Position numbers and translations under genes: made by a program
Notes under the pieces: model-generated
Told to the model about the DNA's origin: nothing
The model's database searches: none
The model's input: the letters and a program-made list of their open reading frames with translations, nothing else
Part shown: positions 15,987 to 20,471 of the stretch, piece by piece
How positions within the stretch are numbered: position 1 is the first letter of the stretch
Layout of the letters: each line of letters starts with the position of its first letter
From: Methanobacteriota archaeon
GTDB lineage: Archaea > JAADCQ01 > Methanopyri > Methanopyrales > Methanopyraceae
NCBI GenBank assembly: GCA_027064305.1
Contig: JAMOPY010000024.1
Span: forward strand, 1 to 20,471
Direction of reading: 5' to 3'
DNA length: 20,471 nt

Positions 15987-17663
15987 GTGGAACGGATCGA
16001 GTGCGACGTCCTGGTGCTCGGCGGGGGCGGGGCCGCCCTCCGGGCCGCGATCGAGGCCGCCCACCACGACCTGAACGTCGTCCTCGTCTCCAAGGGCCCC
16101 CTGGGCCGCAGCGGCTGCACCGTCATGGCCGAAGGAGGGTACAACGCCGTCCTCCGCACCGCCTCCCCCGACGACACCCTTGACCTGCACTTCCGGGACA
16201 CCGTCGAGGGCGGCGCCTACCTCAACGACCAACGCCTCGTCGAGATCCTCGTCCGAGAGGCCCCCGACCGACTCCTCGACCTGGAGCGGTACGGGGCCGT
16301 CTTCACCCGACGCGAGGACGGCACCCTCGCCCAGCGCCCCTTCGGCGGCCAATCCCGACCCCGCACGTGCTACGCCGGCGACCGCACCGGCCACGAGATC
16401 ACCATGGCCCTCCTCGACGAGCTACGCCGCCTGGACCGCGTGCGCACGCTCGAGCACGTAATGGCCTACCGGCTGATCACGGACGACGAGGGACGCGTGC
16501 TCGGCGCCCTGTGCGTGGACCTCGACCGCGAGGAGGAGCTCACCATCCTCGCCCACGCCACCATCCTCGCCACCGGGGGCGCCGGACAGCTCTACCCCAT
16601 CACCACCAACCCCGCGTACAAGACCGGAGACGGGTACGCCATGGCCCTGCACGCGGGCTGCCCCCTCATCGACATGGAGATGGTCCAGTTCCACCCCACC
16701 GGCATGGTGCACCCCGAGAGCGCCCGAGGCATCCTCGTCACCGAGGCCGTCCGCGGCGAGGGCGGCCGCCTGTACAACGCGGACGGCGAGCGCTTCATGA
16801 AACGGTACGACCCCGACCGCATGGAACTCGCGACCCGCGACGTCGTGGCCCGGGCCATCTACCGCGAGATCCGCGAGGGCCGCGGAACCGAGCACGGCGG
16901 GGTGTACCTGGACGTCACCCACCTCCCCGACGAGGTCATCGAAACCAAGCTCGAGACCACCCTCCGCCAGTTCCTCCGCTACGGGGTCGACATCCGAAAG
17001 GAGCCGATGGAGGTCGCCCCCACCGCCCACCACTTCATGGGTGGCGTCCCCATCAACGAGCGCGCCGAAACCCCCCTCCCCCGCCTCTTCGCCTGCGGCG
17101 AGGTCACCGGCGGCGTCCACGGGGCCAACCGGCTGGGCGGCAACGCCCTGGCCGACACCCAGGTGTTCGGCCGCCGCGCCGGCCTGCACGCGGCCCAACT
17201 CGCCCTCAAACTCCGACGACGCGGCGAGCGCCCCCGCGCCCCGGCATCCCGACTAACCGACCCCGAGCTGGACCCCTGGGCGCACGTGGGTGAGGAGGAC
17301 CCCCTGGAACTCCGGCGCGAGCTCCGCCAAGTCATGTGGCGACACGTGGGGCTGGAACGCTCCGAGCGGGGACTCAAGCGGGCCATCCAACGCCTCAACG
17401 AGCTCCAGGACCGGGTGAACGAGCGCGGCGTCGACGACGGACCCGGCCTGAGAATCGCCCTGGAGACGGTGAACATGATCCAGGTCGGCCTGGCCGTGGC
17501 CCGATCGGCCCTCTTCCGCCGCGAGAGCCGGGGCGCCCACTACCGCACGGACTACCCGAACCGGGACGACGAGAACTGGCTCAAACACACGGTGTACCGA
17601 CCGGACGGACGGCTGGAGACCCGCCCGGTCGACCTCCGGCGACTCGACCCACGCTCCGGCTGA
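15987..17663 (+). CDS. tfrA: Fumarate reductase/succinate dehydrogenase flavoprotein; probably thiol (CoM/CoB):fumarate reductase subunit A
   Basis: GGGGAA FAD motif, SGCTVMAEGG (no covalent-FAD His), QFHPT, TEAVRGEGG, HHFMGG, HGANRLGGN, ESRGAH; methanogen context. Confidence 0.85.
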   Translation: MERIECDVLVLGGGGAALRAAIEAAHHDLNVVLVSKGPLGRSGCTVMAEGGYNAVLRTASPDDTLDLHFRDTVEGGAYLNDQRLVEILVREAPDRLLDLERYGAVFTRREDGTLAQRPFGGQSRPRTCYAGDRTGHEITMALLDELRRLDRVRTLEHVMAYRLITDDEGRVLGALCVDLDREEELTILAHATILATGGAGQLYPITTNPAYKTGDGYAMALHAGCPLIDMEMVQFHPTGMVHPESARGILVTEAVRGEGGRLYNADGERFMKRYDPDRMELATRDVVARAIYREIREGRGTEHGGVYLDVTHLPDEVIETKLETTLRQFLRYGVDIRKEPMEVAPTAHHFMGGVPINERAETPLPRLFACGEVTGGVHGANRLGGNALADTQVFGRRAGLHAAQLALKLRRRGERPRAPASRLTDPELDPWAHVGEEDPLELRRELRQVMWRHVGLERSERGLKRAIQRLNELQDRVNERGVDDGPGLRIALETVNMIQVGLAVARSALFRRESRGAHYRTDYPNRDDENWLKHTVYRPDGRLETRPVDLRRLDPRSG

Positions 17664-17775
17664 AGGGTACAGCGGGGAGGTAGGCGCGCGGGATCATCGG
17701 TCGGCCCGCCGGCCCACTCCCCCGCGCGTTGTGGCCCGGCGGAGCCCACGCGGGCTCATCCCCGGAGCCTCCGCG

Positions 17776-18897
17776 TCACCCGCGCCGGTTGGACCGGGCC
17801 GATACCCGTGCACCCCGCGAGCGTAAGAAATCACCGCCCGGCCAACCGTCCAACACGCACCGCGCGTACACCCACGACGACGTCAGGAAACTGTACACGA
17901 TCGCCCCGTCCAACAGCCCCTCCGCCAACCAAAGCGGCACGCGCACGGGCGGCTCGGGCGGCCTCGGAACGAACAGCTCGTGCACCGGGTAAAACCGACC
18001 ATCCTCCGCGTTGAAGTACCCACGCGCCGAGGAGACGTACAGGCCCGAGGCGATCAGGAACAGGAGGCCCGAGGACAGCAGCAGCGCCCCCCACCGCTCG
18101 GACTCCAGACAGGCCGCCGCGCAGCTCACCGACCAGTAATTCGGGTTGACCACCTTGGAGAACGCCAACAGGGCCGCACCGATCGCGCACGCGCGACGCT
18201 CGGGCCGCCCCGGAAGGACCAGGGGCCCGAGCACCGACGCGACCAACAGCGCCACCGGCACCCCATCGGGCGGGGGAAGCAGCGTCCAAATGGAGCAGTT
18301 CTGAGGCGGCCTGTCCACCTGAAACAGCACCACGTTCCTCAGGAACGACCGTCCGTCGACCACCAGGTACGGTGACAGGATGACCAACGCCGTGAGCCCG
18401 AAGACCGCCACCGACCGCCACCGACGCAGGAACGGAAGGGCCACCACCCCGGCCGTGGGCTTCACGCAGAACGCGAGCGCCGCCAACGCGCCACCCACCC
18501 ACCGACCACTCCAACGAACCGCCGCCAGGGCCAGGGCGACGGAGATCGGATCCAACTGCCAGAACGCGCACGAGTAAACCGAGGAGAGCGCGATCACGAG
18601 CAGCCCCGACTCACCCACCCCCACCCGCCGCGCGCAGTAGAGGCAGGCCAGCGCCCCGACCCACACGGGCAGCTTCCACAGAACCCGGAACCGCCAATCC
18701 CACGGGTCCAACCCCAGCAGAACGTGCCCCACGTACCAGACGAGGGTGGGAAGCAGGGACCCGAGCGGCGGGTAGTGCACGTCCGTCCTGGCGTAGCACG
18801 TTAGCGGGTGAGACGCGATCACCGGGCACCACCGCATCCACTTCTCGTAGTCCGGGGCGTACACGACCGTCAGTACCCACCACAGCAGTCCCGGCAT
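17776..18897 (-). CDS. GT-C fold membrane glycosyltransferase (GT87/PIG-M-like)
   Basis: N-terminal PD...YPPL, WQLDP, KP and VVNPNY motifs; many TM helices; ATG 18897 preceded by SD GGAGGTGG. Confidence 0.68.
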   Translation of the reverse strand: MPGLLWWVLTVVYAPDYEKWMRWCPVIASHPLTCYARTDVHYPPLGSLLPTLVWYVGHVLLGLDPWDWRFRVLWKLPVWVGALACLYCARRVGVGESGLLVIALSSVYSCAFWQLDPISVALALAAVRWSGRWVGGALAALAFCVKPTAGVVALPFLRRWRSVAVFGLTALVILSPYLVVDGRSFLRNVVLFQVDRPPQNCSIWTLLPPPDGVPVALLVASVLGPLVLPGRPERRACAIGAALLAFSKVVNPNYWSVSCAAACLESERWGALLLSSGLLFLIASGLYVSSARGYFNAEDGRFYPVHELFVPRPPEPPVRVPLWLAEGLLDGAIVYSFLTSSWVYARCVLDGWPGGDFLRSRGARVSARSNRRG

Positions 18898-18908
18898 CTC
18901 TCCACCTC

Positions 18909-18975
18909 CGGGGTCCGCAGCTCGTGCCCTCCTCATCGGCCACCCGCTCGGAGAAGGCCAGACTCTTCATCCCCG
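18909..18975 (-). ncRNA. Box C/D methylation guide sRNA (two candidate 16S rRNA targets)
   Basis: Minus strand reads CGGGG-AUGAAGA-GUCUGGCCUUCU-CCGA-GCGGGUGGCCG-AUGAGGA-GGGCACGAGCUG-CGGA-CCCCG: two 12-nt guides, terminal stem. Guides complement CAGCUCGUGCC and GAAGGCCAG(G/A)C. Confidence 0.87.
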
Positions 18976-18987
18976 TTTCGGTGCCAC

Positions 18988-19012
18988 AATCGTTATGGAA
19001 TGATTAACGATT
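18988..19012. promoter_or_regulatory. Inverted repeat overlapping a candidate minus-strand TATA box
   Basis: AATCGTTA-N9-TAACGATT; minus-strand GCGAATCGTTAATCA lies about 28 bp upstream of the sRNA 5' end. Confidence 0.5.
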
Positions 19013-19050
19013 CGCCCAACGAAATGGGGTGGGGAGGGGGCGTGAGGGGC

Positions 19051-20091
19051 TTACAGGTACTTCACGATCGGCGAGGCCAGCGTCGTCAGCAGCTGGTCCA
19101 GCGCCCTGACGATCGGCGCCGTGATCTGCGCCGCCTGCGCCACGCCCTTGTCCGCCAGGTAGCCCACCACCGTCGTGACCGCCGGCACCGCCAGACCGGC
19201 GGCGCTCGCGGTCGTGATCACCGCGCTGCCGCCCAGGCCTAGCTGCTCACCCAGGTCCACGATCACGTCCTCCGTCGTCGCCACGCCGCCCATGTACGCC
19301 GCCAGCGTGACGATCGGCGCCAGCATCGTGCCCACGTCCAGCATGGTCATCGTGTTCACGTACTGCTTGTGGTCCATCGCCCAGCCGGCCAGCAGGTCGG
19401 TCAGCAGCGCCGCCGCCGGCATCGCACCGGCGACGACGTCCTTCTCCAGGTACTCCCTAACGCCGAGGCTGTCCAGCGTGCTCACGATCGTGTCCTTCAG
19501 TCCCAGCCCCGCCACGCTGTCGATCATGTCGCTGATCTGGTACCCACTCAGCGCGTCCAGGGCCACGAGCGCCACCGGCGCCAGCAGCAGGTCCTTGATC
19601 GCCGCGCCGGCCAGGTGCACCGGCTTGGCCGCCGGCGCGGCGGTCGGCGCCACTACCTCGATGGTCACCTCCTTCGTCGCGGTGCCGCCCTGGATGCCGT
19701 ACTGCGGCAGGTTCGGGAACCGCGCGGTCACCGTGACCGTGTGCTTGCCCGGGCCCAGGGTCAGGGTCGCAGTCACCGTCCGCGTGTCACCGATCCGGTA
19801 CGGTGGGTTGATGTAGGCCGTGTGCGCCGTCCGACCGTCCACCGCGAAGGTGACCGTGGTTCTCGTGCGCTTGATCGTGTACGGGTAGTTACCCGTCCAC
19901 GAGATGACCGCGGTTACGTTCACGGTGGCCGCCTTCTGACCCTGCTTGAGCTGGACCTTGGCGGGCGCTTGGACCGACTTAATCACCGGCTTGATGGTGT
20001 ACTTGGCACCGTACGCCTTTGCCTCCGCGGCCCCGGCGCCCATCAGGGCGCCCGCCAGGGCCACCATGAGGGCGAGGAGCACGCGCCTCAT
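19051..20091 (-). CDS. Secreted/cell-envelope protein: signal peptide, Ig-like beta domain, hydrophobic helical C-terminal domain
   Basis: MRRVLLALMVALAGALMGAGAAEA signal; Thr/Val/Lys-rich strands (LGPGKHTVTVTA); APTAAPAAKP linker; Ala/Leu/Val-rich tail. Confidence 0.75.
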   Translation of the reverse strand: MRRVLLALMVALAGALMGAGAAEAKAYGAKYTIKPVIKSVQAPAKVQLKQGQKAATVNVTAVISWTGNYPYTIKRTRTTVTFAVDGRTAHTAYINPPYRIGDTRTVTATLTLGPGKHTVTVTARFPNLPQYGIQGGTATKEVTIEVVAPTAAPAAKPVHLAGAAIKDLLLAPVALVALDALSGYQISDMIDSVAGLGLKDTIVSTLDSLGVREYLEKDVVAGAMPAAALLTDLLAGWAMDHKQYVNTMTMLDVGTMLAPIVTLAAYMGGVATTEDVIVDLGEQLGLGGSAVITTASAAGLAVPAVTTVVGYLADKGVAQAAQITAPIVRALDQLLTTLASPIVKYL

Positions 20092-20125
20092 TCGGGCCGT
20101 CCCCCGGTCCTCGCGAGCCCGCTGG

Positions 20126-20146
20126 GCTTATTTTACCTTTTTGGGA
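20126..20146 (-). promoter_or_regulatory. Candidate BRE-TATA promoter for the secreted protein gene
   Basis: Minus strand CCCAAAAAGGTAAAATAAG about 35-55 bp upstream of ATG 20091. Confidence 0.5.
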
Positions 20147-20161
20147 AGCGTGGGCCGATGA

Positions 20162-20471
20162 CTAGTCCTCGAACCCCATCATCTTCCTTAGCCTCCGTCC
20201 CACCCGCTCGATTTCGTGGTCCTTAATCTCCTCCCTCAATCTCCGTAGTACAATCCGCCCCGACTCGTTCTCCATGGTCCACTCCCGGGCGAACTTGCCG
20301 GTCTGGATCTCCTCCAGCACCTTCTTCATTTCCTCTTTGTTGACGATCCGCTTCCCTCTCGTAAGTCCCCCGTACTCCGCGGTGTTGGAGACGGCCTCCA
20401 GCATCCCGGAGAGGCCTCGCTCGTGGATCAGGTCCACGATGAGCTTCAGCTCGTGCAGCGTCTCGAAGTAG
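20162..20471 (-). CDS. ilvC: Ketol-acid reductoisomerase, 3' part (truncated by window edge)
   Basis: [15 protein letters not shown]...VSNTAEYG...[11 protein letters not shown]...IERVG..LR. Confidence 0.95.
   Translation of the reverse strand, partial: YFETLHELKLIVDLIHERGLSGMLEAVSNTAEYGGLTRGKRIVNKEEMKKVLEEIQTGKFAREWTMENESGRIVLRRLREEIKDHEIERVGRRLRKMMGFED

Noticed and set aside
9802-17293. Many long antisense or alternative-frame ORFs (e.g. 9802-11028, 11296-12372, 13447-14565, 14471-15526, 16367-17293)
   Set aside because: Expected from stop-codon scarcity at high GC; they overlap well-supported genes and show no motifs.
1-20471. CRISPR arrays, tRNA or rRNA genes, transposases, integrases, inteins
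   Set aside because: None recognisable by eye: no regularly spaced repeats, cloverleaf motifs or mobile-element motifs.

Overview
Very GC-rich archaeal chromosome segment, most consistent with a Methanopyrus-like hyperthermophilic methanogen (inference from the gene set, acidic proteins and frequent GTG/TTG starts). Left to right: an uncharacterised ABC-ATPase / HypB-like GTPase / Fe-S trio; a minus-strand yjbQ / degenerate site-2-protease / DUF89 phosphatase operon; mscS; an Ftr paralogue plus PfkB kinase (EhaS/EhaT-like pair); two tiny membrane ORFs (one His-rich); queD-queE; pheT-ftsZ-secE-spt5-rpl11-rpl1-rpl10 (no rpl12); a COG1618 NTPase; a fumarate reductase flavoprotein; a GT-C glycosyltransferase; a secreted Ig-like protein; and the 3' end of ilvC. 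The strongest signal absent from the ORF track is a set of four well-formed (plus one weaker) box C/D guide sRNAs in the short intergenic spaces. Their guides match conserved 16S/23S rRNA segments, and two of them sit tail-to-tail between divergent queD and pheT. Other notable points are a pseudo-protease with HExxH changed to KELAK, genes that appear to need CTG start codons, and AT-rich promoter-like islands inside CDSs. rRNA target assignments come from recalled conserved rRNA sequence and need checking against this organism's own rRNA.
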